A DNA stretch of 64,000 nt. It comes from Nitrososphaera sp. (GTDB taxonomy: Archaea > Thermoproteota > Nitrososphaeria > Nitrososphaerales > Nitrososphaeraceae). The notes under the pieces are model-generated. The model made no database searches and was not told the DNA's origin. It worked only from the letters and a program-made list of their open reading frames with translations. The stretch lies in NCBI GenBank assembly GCA_038201105.1, contig JBBRRH010000001.1:8864-72863 (forward strand), read 5' to 3'. This document shows, in pieces, positions 53,941-62,625 of the stretch. Made by a program: the position numbers and the translations under genes. Position 1 is the stretch's first letter. Each line of letters opens with the position of its first letter.

Positions 53941-54275
53941 TACTATTGCAATTATTTTACTGCCCCATAACAACCCCTTTTACAGGACCAGACCTAGAAG
54001 ATTCTTCTACTTCAATAGTTTTCCAACAAGGTAGCCCAAGGACCTTAACTAGAGATTATCTCAACATAATCTCACTATCTAGTTGTGATTACCCAAATTA
54101 CTCCATTGTTAACTACTGTGCAGCTCAATGCCTTTTTTTGGACAAGCAGCATCTACAACTGTTTAATTGTTCATTCATGTAAAAACAGTGACATTTTTAG
54201 GACAATCGGTATTCTGTTATTACGATATTGGGTTGACATGACAATTCAGCAATAGCTAAATAGTATGAAGTGTCT

Positions 54276-54416
54276 ATGAACATTATGGTTAATCGAACCA
54301 ATAGTAAACGTAATAGCACTATAGAATATACTGTTCATGGAAGCCCATTAAGTAAACGTAAAGGAAAGAAAGGTATTCAGACCTTCGTTAATGTGTCTGA
54401 TAGGAGTTCTAGGTAA
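54276..54416 (+). CDS. Small basic hypothetical protein (46 aa)
   Basis: Manual translation MNIMVNRTNSKRNSTIEYTVHGSPLSKRKGKKGIQTFVNVSDRSSR. Confidence 0.4.
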   Translation: MNIMVNRTNSKRNSTIEYTVHGSPLSKRKGKKGIQTFVNVSDRSSR

Positions 54417-54430
54417 TGTCTGATACAGTT

Positions 54431-54592
54431 ATGACTAATAGTCCTATCATAAGACATATCCAGAAATGTAATGGGTCTATGTCAGTTAATGTTCCTTCAG
54501 CATTAGCCAAGAAACTAGGTTTGACAGCACATAGTTTAGTCAAGTTCTCTACTCAAGAGAACAAGTTAGTATTAGAGGGTGTTCAAATTTGA
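54431..54592 (+). CDS. AbrB/MazE/SpoVT-family DNA-binding protein (53 aa)
   Basis: RHIQKCNGSMSVNVPSALAKKLGLTAHSLVKFSTQENKLVLE; TTGA overlap with the next gene. Confidence 0.8.
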   Translation: MTNSPIIRHIQKCNGSMSVNVPSALAKKLGLTAHSLVKFSTQENKLVLEGVQI

Positions 54593-55389
54593 GCAGTCCA
54601 GAGTCTACTACAGCAAGTAGTGAATTGTCCGGTGACCTGAATAGTAGGACTAGAGTCGTAGATACGACTACCAAAACCACACAACCCTTCAAGTTACAGC
54701 AAGTTGCCCTAGCCAAGACGTTTAAAGACGGTCAAACTAAAGTCAAAACAAGAGAGCAAGTAATAGCTGAACATGCAGTATATGTGTATCCTTTACTTGC
54801 TAAGCAGTACGCAGACTTGGGACTGCAGCTGGAGATAGACTCAGAGACAAGTAACTTGACTGAAATATCATTATACTGTAAGCCAGAAACTAGAACCAGC
54901 AAAGTTACTACTGTGGTCCTTGAACACCGTCTTAACCGACTTAACAATACCAAAGGTACTTGGCTAGTATGGTACTCGTGGGAGTTCGGTATCACTGATA
55001 AGAAACAAACACTATCAGCATGGGTTAGTCATGGACTCGATTATCAGGTATCTCTTATCCCAGAGCATGATAATGATGGTAATGAGATTATGCCATCCAT
55101 AGGTGAGAAATATCAAATATTTTCAGTACCATTTAGTAAAGAAGAATTGGATAAGGTTCTTGAAGGTCAAGACACTGACAGCATAGCCTTCACTGTAAAC
55201 TATGGTTCTAGTTCACACACTGGCTTCAGTTATGAGGAATTTGCTAACTTACCAATAGAAGAGGTCATCGAGCGTGGGAAAATCGGGAGGCAAAATAGTG
55301 ATTTATCGTTAATGTTCTCCGAGTTATCAACAAAGGACAAGGTTGCATTGACGTTACAAGGTCAGAGGGCTAAGGACCTAAAGGTATGA
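54589..55389 (+). CDS. Hypothetical protein (266 aa, beta-rich core)
   Basis: Translationally coupled to AbrB genes on both sides; no catalytic motif recognised. Confidence 0.75.
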   Translation: MSSPESTTASSELSGDLNSRTRVVDTTTKTTQPFKLQQVALAKTFKDGQTKVKTREQVIAEHAVYVYPLLAKQYADLGLQLEIDSETSNLTEISLYCKPETRTSKVTTVVLEHRLNRLNNTKGTWLVWYSWEFGITDKKQTLSAWVSHGLDYQVSLIPEHDNDGNEIMPSIGEKYQIFSVPFSKEELDKVLEGQDTDSIAFTVNYGSSSHTGFSYEEFANLPIEEVIERGKIGRQNSDLSLMFSELSTKDKVALTLQGQRAKDLKV

Positions 55390-55547
55390 CAGCAAAACTC
55401 ATTCGTGTAGGACAAAATAATAACTATAGCAAATCAATAATACTACCTTACAAGGTCTGCAGGTCTCTAAATATTTCTAAAGGTGATATTCTGTCTTGCA
55501 GGATATCGAAAACTAACATAGTCTTAAGTAAAGTGGAGGTTTCCTAA
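55386..55547 (+). CDS. AbrB/MazE/SpoVT-family DNA-binding protein (53 aa)
   Basis: KLIRVGQNNNYSKSIILPYKVCRSLNISKGDILSCRISKTNIVLSKV; ATGA overlap. Confidence 0.8.
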   Translation: MTAKLIRVGQNNNYSKSIILPYKVCRSLNISKGDILSCRISKTNIVLSKVEVS

Positions 55548-55548
55548 G

Positions 55549-55704
55549 TTGAATGTTAATAAGAAGTCTGATAGTCATTTAGTAGATAAATTATTAGCTG
55601 AAATAGAAGCTGATAAGAATCCTAAGACGAAGTCCCGTCCCGACCCATTGGACAAAAGCCTAAGTCAGTTCTTCAAGCCAATTTCAGTAAGGGATAACCG
55701 ATAA
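55549..55704 (+). CDS. Small hypothetical protein (51 aa)
   Basis: TTG-start ORF filling the gap exactly; TAATG overlap with the next gene. Confidence 0.5.
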   Translation: MNVNKKSDSHLVDKLLAEIEADKNPKTKSRPDPLDKSLSQFFKPISVRDNR

Positions 55705-56102
55705 TGAGCCAAGGTCCAGATAGTAAATTACCAAGTCCCTTAGCACCTCTAGCACCTAGTATAACTGACGACCCAAGACATACTATAAAACAAATTAGCA
55801 AACGTAGGGAAGCATTTCATAACCAAGTATCTTCTATTAACAAAAGAACTCAAGAACAAATGGAATCTAGAGAACAAGCAATACAAGCAACCAAAAACTT
55901 TAGTGGAGTTAGGATACTATTTTGTGGTCTTTGTAATAGCCGATTAGTAAAGTCCAAGAAAACAATTCATAATGAAGTTCTCAATATGGATACTCCTATT
56001 TACAAGTGCAGCGTCTGCTCGGCTAAGTATAATGGGTTTATTCCCTTTATTAGACATAGTAGCAAGTCCGATTTACTTGCAGAGATAGTCGAGTATCAGT
56101 AA
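55704..56102 (+). CDS. Coiled-coil plus Zn-ribbon protein
   Basis: CGLC...CSVC. Confidence 0.7.
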   Translation: MSQGPDSKLPSPLAPLAPSITDDPRHTIKQISKRREAFHNQVSSINKRTQEQMESREQAIQATKNFSGVRILFCGLCNSRLVKSKKTIHNEVLNMDTPIYKCSVCSAKYNGFIPFIRHSSKSDLLAEIVEYQ

Positions 56103-56533
56103 TGACCATTAGAAGAAAGAAGGCTAATTCGTATCTAGACGAAGAAGACGAAATTGAAAAGTCAATGTGTTCGGCTTGCTACAACCTTGACGAGCTGGTC
56201 ATATTCATGGTACCCTATGTTATGTCCAATGGGAAAAGGGATAAAGGGTTTATGCGCTGCCCTGAATGTCAAAACGTTGTAAGTATCAAACAAGCCCGTT
56301 ACTTCTCAGAGACAGGAGTGCTTGGGAGAGAAGGAGGTATTTCTAAACCTCACTTTGAAACAGTCACAAAGAGACGCAGGATTGATAGGAATTTACAATC
56401 TGAAGGACCTGAGTTCAATCCTGACGACTACAAGTTTTCATTTGGTCCAGATAAAGACCTTGAGTACTGGAATAATGTAGGAGTCGTTACCAGTGTTACT
56501 GACTCTGGTATTGACTCTGAAGAATCTCCATGA
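56102..56533 (+). CDS. Zn-ribbon protein
   Basis: CSAC...CPEC; TAATG coupling. Confidence 0.7.
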   Translation: MTIRRKKANSYLDEEDEIEKSMCSACYNLDELVIFMVPYVMSNGKRDKGFMRCPECQNVVSIKQARYFSETGVLGREGGISKPHFETVTKRRRIDRNLQSEGPEFNPDDYKFSFGPDKDLEYWNNVGVVTSVTDSGIDSEESP

Positions 56534-56670
56534 CGGATATTTCCACTTATGACCCTCCTACTTTAGGAGTGAAAAAGGACTCACTTGGGTCTGAGAATAA
56601 CAATGATAGGTTATACCATTACTATCGAACAATATTCTCAGACCCAGCTCACACAACCTTGGTGAAATAA
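56530..56670 (+). CDS. Small hypothetical protein (46 aa)
   Basis: MTDISTYDPPTLGVKKDSLGSENNNDRLYHYYRTIFSDPAHTTLVK; ATGA overlap. Confidence 0.45.
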   Translation: MTDISTYDPPTLGVKKDSLGSENNNDRLYHYYRTIFSDPAHTTLVK

Positions 56671-56674
56671 TATA

Positions 56675-56953
56675 GTGAATGCTGATTGGTATCTTGAGAA
56701 AGCACAGACCTTTTATGATAAAGGTCAAATCGAGTTAGCAGAGTTAAAAATACTAGCAGGTATTATTAAGAACCCTCTTAATGAAGACCTTCGAATAGCA
56801 CTATCCAATATCTACTTCTATCAATCAAAATACAAAGAATGTCTGTATGAATTAGAACAATTAAAGAAATTTTCAAATAATCTAAAGGTTGACGGAGCTA
56901 TAGTATTGGTAAAAGTAAAATTATCCAATAAACCAATGATTCCATATGGCTAA
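56675..56953 (+). CDS. TPR-like helical protein
   Basis: YLEKAQTFYDKGQ.E.A...IIKNP.NEDLRIALSNIYF...KYKECL. Confidence 0.65.
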   Translation: MNADWYLEKAQTFYDKGQIELAELKILAGIIKNPLNEDLRIALSNIYFYQSKYKECLYELEQLKKFSNNLKVDGAIVLVKVKLSNKPMIPYG

Positions 56954-57030
56954 ATTCATGGAGAGGATATATTGTTTAGCTCTATATCTTTCTTCTGTAA
57001 CTATAGCTCGAAACGATATATAAAGAGCTC

Positions 57031-57252
57031 ATGTATAATATGTATTTGATAGCTGCAATGGAGCATGGCAAATACTGTACCATAAGGTTTCCCACAATTG
57101 AGGATATGGGTAAAGCATTTGAGGTGATTATAAATGATAATGGTAGATTCTCAGGTGTTGACCAAGATACAATAACCATTTCTGGTGCTCAATGTGAGAT
57201 TTTGGAAGGTCTAAAAACAAATAATGAATTAAATTATGACCACTTAGAATAA
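57031..57252 (+). CDS. Hypothetical protein (73 aa)
   Basis: ORF 4 bp upstream of the 57257 gene. Confidence 0.6.
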   Translation: MYNMYLIAAMEHGKYCTIRFPTIEDMGKAFEVIINDNGRFSGVDQDTITISGAQCEILEGLKTNNELNYDHLE

Positions 57253-57256
57253 TCAT

Positions 57257-57577
57257 GTGGTTCATCAAACCAAAGCAGAGATAATCATTCCAATTTATTA
57301 TAATGATGGAACCAAGATAGAATCTGTCAAACATGTATATACTTATCGAGAAATAATTACTCAATTCAATCACTGCACAGAAGACAAATCTTTGCTTGTA
57401 GGGGATTGGACAGATGATGCTGGTAAGCAATATAAAGATAGAAACTTTGCATATTTTGTTTTGTATAACGATTCATATGACAACATCTATTTTTTAGATG
57501 AATTAAAAAAAAGGCTAGAAGACAGATACCAACAATACGAAATATTGATTTATCTCACCAATGTGACAAGATTATGA
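57257..57577 (+). CDS. Hypothetical protein, IIIP..YNDG...G.W...Y.D...LK.R..Q.EI family
   Basis: Pattern recalled from a widespread uncharacterised small alpha/beta family; not database-verified. Confidence 0.65.
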   Translation: MVHQTKAEIIIPIYYNDGTKIESVKHVYTYREIITQFNHCTEDKSLLVGDWTDDAGKQYKDRNFAYFVLYNDSYDNIYFLDELKKRLEDRYQQYEILIYLTNVTRL

Positions 57578-57659
57578 GCTCGGTAACTAGTAAGTCTTTA
57601 CCATTTTGGGAGCTCTGAACTTTTCCGTTTACAATAATTATAGTTTTGATAAAATTACT

Positions 57660-58178
57660 TCAACACAACAAAACTTCTCTTTCTTCCAATGCTACGTGGG
57701 GATGATTTTCTATTATTAGACCATTCTCCACGATATCTTTTTCTTCGAATACTCCAATTATTAATTTACCCTTGCCTTTTGTTAAAGTTGGTTTGGGTTG
57801 TATAGACCATTCAAACTTACGTTTTTTGTTTTCAAAATTGAGGGTACCGGTCTGCCTATTTGACCCCAAATCCATTACAGTGTTTCTATTCTCGCACCAG
57901 TTATAATCGTTTAAACAATCTACAATTTTACAGCTTAGGAATCCACGTTTAACAGTTCCATCAAATTTTGCTGAGATATTCGTAAAACTACCTATCTTTA
58001 TTTCATATGGAGTCTTAACTTTGCTAAGTTTCTGTTTACCATCCTTCGAAATATCGTTAGTATATCTTTTAAGTCGCTTTTTTAAGTATGCGTAGAAATC
58101 TTCATTTCGAGCAACGACGAAGCTAGTAATAATCGAACCGATTATAGCTATAATGCCAGATAGCCAACCATCAACCAA
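57660..58178 (-). CDS. Membrane-anchored beta-rich protein
   Basis: N-terminal TM segment WLSGIIAIIGSIITSFVVA followed by a beta-rich domain. Confidence 0.65.
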   Translation of the reverse strand: MVDGWLSGIIAIIGSIITSFVVARNEDFYAYLKKRLKRYTNDISKDGKQKLSKVKTPYEIKIGSFTNISAKFDGTVKRGFLSCKIVDCLNDYNWCENRNTVMDLGSNRQTGTLNFENKKRKFEWSIQPKPTLTKGKGKLIIGVFEEKDIVENGLIIENHPHVALEEREVLLC

Positions 58179-58458
58179 TATACCAATAACAAGAAGGGAA
58201 GATATAACTTTTAATTGTGACTACATTTAAAGTGACCTTACTTAATTGAAGAAGAATTGACTGATATCCTTCCACATTTCCAAGTTTAGGTTTTGGGTTC
58301 TAATTCGATACCTGATATTTTTTTATATTTTCAATCGATACTCAAGATACTGTTCATCCGACTTACTATGAACTCTAGACCCTTCATTTCCTTTTCTATT
58401 TTAAAAAATTATAAATATGGTTTTTGGAATTTGGAAGCTCCCTTACAAACTCTTTCAT

Positions 58459-58597
58459 AACTGGGAGGGTCTGGTTTCCCTCAGAACTCAGACCTTTCCA
58501 GTTTTATCTTAAACATTTCTGACACCAATATTACTAACTCCCAACAGCATTTTCTTACTGGAGGTCTGTATCGAGTCCAATTGAATGGACCTCCAGT
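58459..58597. repeat. Hairpin cluster A (58459-58503, 58557-58597)
   Basis: AACTGGGAGGGTCTG/CAGACCTTTCCAGTT (15 bp including G-T pairs); ACTGGAGGTC/GACCTCCAGT (10 bp perfect). Confidence 0.8.
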
Positions 58598-58605
58598 TAT
58601 TCCAT

Positions 58606-58725
58606 TTATCCAGATAATGAGTCTTTGTCTCTATAACCGAATCCACAACTAGGACATTTTTTTCCCGTTTCCAGTTTCTCCAATTCGTCTCCACATTCAG
58701 GACATTGTTCAACTTCTTTGGTCAT
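58606..58725 (-). CDS. CPxCG zinc-finger microprotein (39 aa)
   Basis: MTKEVEQCPECGDELEKLETGKKCPSCGFGYRDKDSLSG. Confidence 0.75.
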   Translation of the reverse strand: MTKEVEQCPECGDELEKLETGKKCPSCGFGYRDKDSLSG

Positions 58726-58816
58726 TGAATTGAATAAAGCCTTTTCAGAATATAACTTTTTATAATCTGATATGCGTATAAAAGACTCCTAACAGCATTT
58801 TCTTACAGGAGGTCCC

Positions 58817-59191
58817 TTATCTTGGAACAGTTAAGTAGAAATCTGTTCCAGAATTAAAGTTTAAAGTTGTTGAATAACACGATGGTACTCCAGGTATCCC
58901 ATTACCAACATCTGTTAAACATGCTGTTGCTGATTCTCCATTCGTAAAACCGTAGCTTGTGTCGAGGAATCTTGTAAATTCATTCCCTATAAAAGGTGCT
59001 AACCATAATCTCCATAGTTGATACTCCCCATGACTACCGGTTACCGTTACAATTACACTATTACCAAAGGCTCCTATTCCTTGAAAGTGAAAATACACAT
59101 TAGTGGTATATGCGTTTACAAGCGGCATCATTGGAACAACACTTGAAAAAACCCCTAGCAGAATTGCTATTATTAAAATTGATTTTTTCAT
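58817..59191 (-). CDS. Secreted beta-rich protein with a Cys pair
   Basis: Signal peptide MKKSILIIAILLGVFSSVVPMMPLVNA; mature domain with two Cys. Confidence 0.72.
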   Translation of the reverse strand: MKKSILIIAILLGVFSSVVPMMPLVNAYTTNVYFHFQGIGAFGNSVIVTVTGSHGEYQLWRLWLAPFIGNEFTRFLDTSYGFTNGESATACLTDVGNGIPGVPSCYSTTLNFNSGTDFYLTVPR

Positions 59192-59586
59192 TTTATTTTA
59201 TCACATCTGGTTACGCCTGTTAACATAATGTTTAATTGAATTATTGTTCAATTGTATTATGCTATGTGTATCTACCTAGTAAGGATTTGGTATCAGACTT
59301 CAGAAAAATGGTATGGTATAATGTAACTTTCAGTCCATCCCAAAACTTGACCCTCAGCCTCCAAATTAATGATGGATAGACTTACGTTCTTGAAATCCTA
59401 AATTCACTGTTACTTACTGCCTTACCAATAGTTTGAATACAAATGAAATCGAATAAGAATTGCCGAAATAAAGGGAAAAAGAGCACTAGATATCTGGAAA
59501 GCCTTAGGAACTGATGGACTAAGTTATAACATGACTCCCAAAGGAGTTTTAGAATTCTATAGAGAAGAGGTGAGTACCATCTGAAA

Positions 59587-59694
59587 ATGAATTTTGCAGT
59601 TAAAGAGAAACCCAAACCAGAGACATACTATGACCAGTTTGAGAAAAACTGTAACTGTATCATATGTAAAATAACCAAGGGAGCTAAGGCTTGA
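59587..59694 (+). CDS. Cys-rich microprotein (35 aa)
   Basis: MNFAVKEKPKPETYYDQFEKNCNCIICKITKGAKA; TTGA overlap with the next ORF. Confidence 0.45.
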   Translation: MNFAVKEKPKPETYYDQFEKNCNCIICKITKGAKA

Positions 59695-59897
59695 ATACTG
59701 AACAATCTAGATGTATTATCAATCTGTCCAGTTCTATAGACACACTTAATCATGAGTATCATACTGAGAGTGAGATGGTTGCATTTGATAAAATAAAGAG
59801 GGTATTCATTGACCTATGTCAACTCGATTTAACTAACCACGATAATATCGAGATACACGAATTTAAAGGTGAGTTGTTCCAAAAGGTAGCAAATTAA
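59691..59897 (+). CDS. Hypothetical protein (68 aa)
   Basis: Operon packing with both neighbours. Confidence 0.5.
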   Translation: MNTEQSRCIINLSSSIDTLNHEYHTESEMVAFDKIKRVFIDLCQLDLTNHDNIEIHEFKGELFQKVAN

Positions 59898-59898
59898 A

Positions 59899-60276
59899 AT
59901 GTCCAAGTTTGTAGAAATTATAATTTTGGTTGCTATCCTATCACTAATTTTAGTAGGCTTAAAGATTGCTTACGGACAGGATTGGCTTACTGAGCATGGA
60001 AATGACTCCATTACTGGGACTCCATCTATGCAACAAATAATAAAGAACGCTCAGAATATGACTCATAAAAATGTCACTACTGATATTATAAAAGTAGGTG
60101 AAGAGAACTTGAAACTTATTAATAGATTGACAATGGTACTTAACTCATGCACAGAAATAATTACGTCTGAAGACTCAAGTTCAACATGTGAGAAGTTTCA
60201 GAGATTGGAGAATAAATATCTTAAACAACTATTCAATGAAACCAGACCTGAAGTAGAAAAGATTCTCTTAGACTAA
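59899..60276 (+). CDS. Secreted helical protein
   Basis: Signal peptide MSKFVEIIILVAILSLILVGLKIAYG; helical body with a Cys pair. Confidence 0.65.
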   Translation: MSKFVEIIILVAILSLILVGLKIAYGQDWLTEHGNDSITGTPSMQQIIKNAQNMTHKNVTTDIIKVGEENLKLINRLTMVLNSCTEIITSEDSSSTCEKFQRLENKYLKQLFNETRPEVEKILLD

Positions 60277-60475
60277 CCTTATCTATGGACCACACTGATA
60301 TTTTCTAGAGCCAATAGGAACAGCTATATCTCCCTATTTTACTTTATTACTTCCGAAGAAACGAATTGTCTACAAACAGTCACGTGTGAAGGGGAGTAAT
60401 CCCTTTCATTTTCTTACAAGTCCTTTTATTCTATGAAGCTCTTAGTAATTACCTTACTAATGAGAATCAAATCTT

Positions 60476-60748
60476 CTGGAGGGAGTTGCCTTTGACATCA
60501 CCTCCCTCCAGTTTAAATAGAATCATAATTAACTTGGAGACTTACTCATTCGCTGGAGAGACCAGAGGTTTTACAAATTTTCCTCTGGACCTACTCCAGC
60601 TTCTGAAATTTGAAACTAAAATAACAGCAAGATGTATTGAATATTATACCTCTAATGTTTTTATAGTTAGTTGAAAACGTTTATCGTTTAGCAACAAACT
60701 GGAGGAGTCCAAAGGTAGGCTGATAGCTCCTCTTGGATTCTCCAGTTT
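60476..60748. repeat. Hairpin cluster B (60476-60511, 60552-60600, 60696-60748)
   Basis: CTGGAGGGAG/CTCCCTCCAG; GCTGGAG/CTCCAGC plus CCAGAGG/CCTCTGG; AAACTGGAG/CTCCAGTTT plus GTCCAA/TTGGAT. Confidence 0.82.
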
Positions 60749-60787
60749 TCAATTATCTCATTCTTTGTTACCATTTAAATATACACA

Positions 60788-60802
60788 AAGGCACATTTGC
60801 AA
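60788..60802 (+). repeat. Right att core
   Basis: AAGGCACATTTGCAA, identical to 50121-50135. Confidence 0.8.
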
Positions 60803-60894
60803 GATATCAAGAACCGATGAGGGTTTCATTAAGGTATCTATGCATTTTGTAACATTTAATTACCAAGAAATTCATCAATCTCGCTGGTATTTTT

Positions 60895-61010
60895 GCGGGG
60901 GTTGTAGAGCCTGGCCAAATAATTAACGTTTGGAGACGCGGGACTTAAGATCTTACTCAGGAGGGATCCCGTCCTTCAGGGGTTCGTGGGTTCAAATCCC
61001 ACCCCCCGCA
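60895..61010 (+). tRNA. tRNA-Leu(TAA) with two introns (60921-60935 in the D arm; 60950-60965 at 37/38)
   Basis: Acceptor GCGGGGG/CCCCCGC; removing AATTAACGTTTGGAG restores D stem GTA/TAC; anticodon stem CGGGA/TCCCG; T arm GTGGG-TTCAAAT-CCCAC. Confidence 0.85.
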
Positions 61011-61027
61011 CCTTAAGCTCGTATTAG

Positions 61028-61657
61028 CTATTCTCTCCTAGATCTCATTATTAATGCAACGAGAAGTTTATGAAACCTCAGATCACCAGAAAGCTCAGGG
61101 TGGAATGAAGTACCAATTATATTTCCTTGCTGAACGGCAACTACTTTCTCTGCGAACCTGCCAAGTATCTTAACATTTGTCCCAACCTTGGTAACTGATG
61201 GAGCTCTTATGAAGACACCTCTAAAATCCTCTCCCTCAAGTCCGTCAATGGGTAAATTCGCCTCAAATGATTCATTCTGCCTTCCAAAGGAATTCCGCTC
61301 TACTACAATGTCTAAAACACCCAAGAGTTGCTGGTTCATTTCGCCAACCACACTGTCATATGCTTTCTTAGCCATCACAATCATCCCCGCACAAGTACCC
61401 ATTGCAGGCATTCCCTGTATCAGCCTTTTTTGCAAAGTTGTCTGTATGCCGGACTTTAATGTTAGTAGATTCCCTATAACAGTACTTTCTCCACCTGGAA
61501 TGATCAAGCCATCAACACTTTCAAGCTCTTTCTGATATCGAACAGGCGTTGTATAGGCATTCAAGGAAAGCGAACTCATTGCATCTCTTGTGGCGACAAT
61601 ATTTTCTTCGATATCTCCCTGCAGAGCAAGGATACCTATATTAATTTCATGGCTCAT
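61028..61657 (-). CDS. pdxT: PLP synthase glutaminase subunit
   Basis: [35 protein letters not shown]. Confidence 0.96.
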   Translation of the reverse strand: MSHEINIGILALQGDIEENIVATRDAMSSLSLNAYTTPVRYQKELESVDGLIIPGGESTVIGNLLTLKSGIQTTLQKRLIQGMPAMGTCAGMIVMAKKAYDSVVGEMNQQLLGVLDIVVERNSFGRQNESFEANLPIDGLEGEDFRGVFIRAPSVTKVGTNVKILGRFAEKVVAVQQGNIIGTSFHPELSGDLRFHKLLVALIMRSRRE

Positions 61658-62625
61658 ACAGAGGGTCCTCTCTCTTGCATCTTTAGATCCAAGTTCTTTG
61701 TATCTAATCCAAGCATAGACTTCCTCTCATCGACCATTTTCTGTGCCTCCATAACGATTTTTGGATCATCAAAGTAGGTCGTAGCCAGTACAATTGCCTT
61801 TGCACGTTCCAAGGGGTCCTCAGCTATGAATACACCTGAACCGACAAATATGCCATCACAACCCAGGTTCATCAGCAAAGCAGCGTCAGCCGGAGTTGAT
61901 ACTCCTCCTGCGGCGAAATTCACAACAGGTAACCGTCCGAGACGACCAGTTTCCTTCACTAATTCAAAGGATGTCCTAAATTCGCGTCCAACTCTTATTA
62001 ACTCTTGAAGATCTTCGTCTTCGTAGACGGATCTTATTTTTCGTATATCACCATTCACACTCTGTATGTGCGTCACCGCTTCAGCTACGTTCCCGGTACC
62101 AGGCTCTCCTTTAGTTCTAATCATAGCCGCGCCTTCCTCTATTCTTCTTAGAGCTTCACCGAGGTTTTTGGCACCATTGACAAATGGAGTTGTATAATCC
62201 CATTTCCAGATGTGTCGTTCTTCATCTGCAGGTGTAAGAACTTCACTCTCATCTACCATGTCAACGCCTACCTCTTGGAGGATAAGAGCTTCAGAGGCGT
62301 GACCAATTCTACATTTTGCCATAATGGGTATACTTATCGAATCCAAAATCTGCTCAATTACTTTTACACTTGCTGTCCTAGCTACACCCCCTGCTTTTCT
62401 CACGTCAAATGGTAGCTTGTCCAGTACCATAACTGCCACTGCACCGGCCTCTTCCGCGATGTGTGCCTGTTCTACATTAGTTACGTCCATGATTACCCCG
62501 TGTTTTTGCATATGGGCAAATCCACGTTTTACTAGCGAAGTTCCTCTAACAACTTCTTTTTTACCGATGATAGATTTCTTTATTCCCCTGAAAGAATCTG
62601 CAGAGGGAATAAGGGATATGGTCAT
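61654..62625 (-). CDS. pdxS: PLP synthase lyase subunit
   Basis: [44 protein letters not shown]. Confidence 0.97.
   Translation of the reverse strand: MTISLIPSADSFRGIKKSIIGKKEVVRGTSLVKRGFAHMQKHGVIMDVTNVEQAHIAEEAGAVAVMVLDKLPFDVRKAGGVARTASVKVIEQILDSISIPIMAKCRIGHASEALILQEVGVDMVDESEVLTPADEERHIWKWDYTTPFVNGAKNLGEALRRIEEGAAMIRTKGEPGTGNVAEAVTHIQSVNGDIRKIRSVYEDEDLQELIRVGREFRTSFELVKETGRLGRLPVVNFAAGGVSTPADAALLMNLGCDGIFVGSGVFIAEDPLERAKAIVLATTYFDDPKIVMEAQKMVDERKSMLGLDTKNLDLKMQERGPSV

Larger units (their letters stand above)
50121..60802. mobile_element. Integrated element or defective provirus (about 10.7 kb)
   Basis: Exact 15-bp direct repeat AAGGCACATTTGCAA at both ends, adjacent tyrosine integrase, RHH/AbrB/Zn-finger/primase-like content, no housekeeping genes. 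Confidence 0.85.

Noticed and set aside
53946-54182. 78-aa track ORF inside the element
   Set aside because: No motif; lies in a scrambled region next to pseudogene fragments.
58509-58712. 67-aa track ORF
   Set aside because: The overlapping frame 58606-58725 encodes a convincing CPxCG protein, and this ORF runs through hairpins.
50159-60417. TTCTTAC/GTAAGAA heptamer as integrase arm sites
   Set aside because: About six copies, four of them inside repeats already reported; not clearly above chance for an AT-rich 7-mer.
58459-60748. Hairpins as classical integron attC sites
   Set aside because: They lack consistent RYYYAAC/GTTRRRY boxes and one-per-gene spacing, and no IntI-specific insertion is evident in the integrase; kept only as an analogy.
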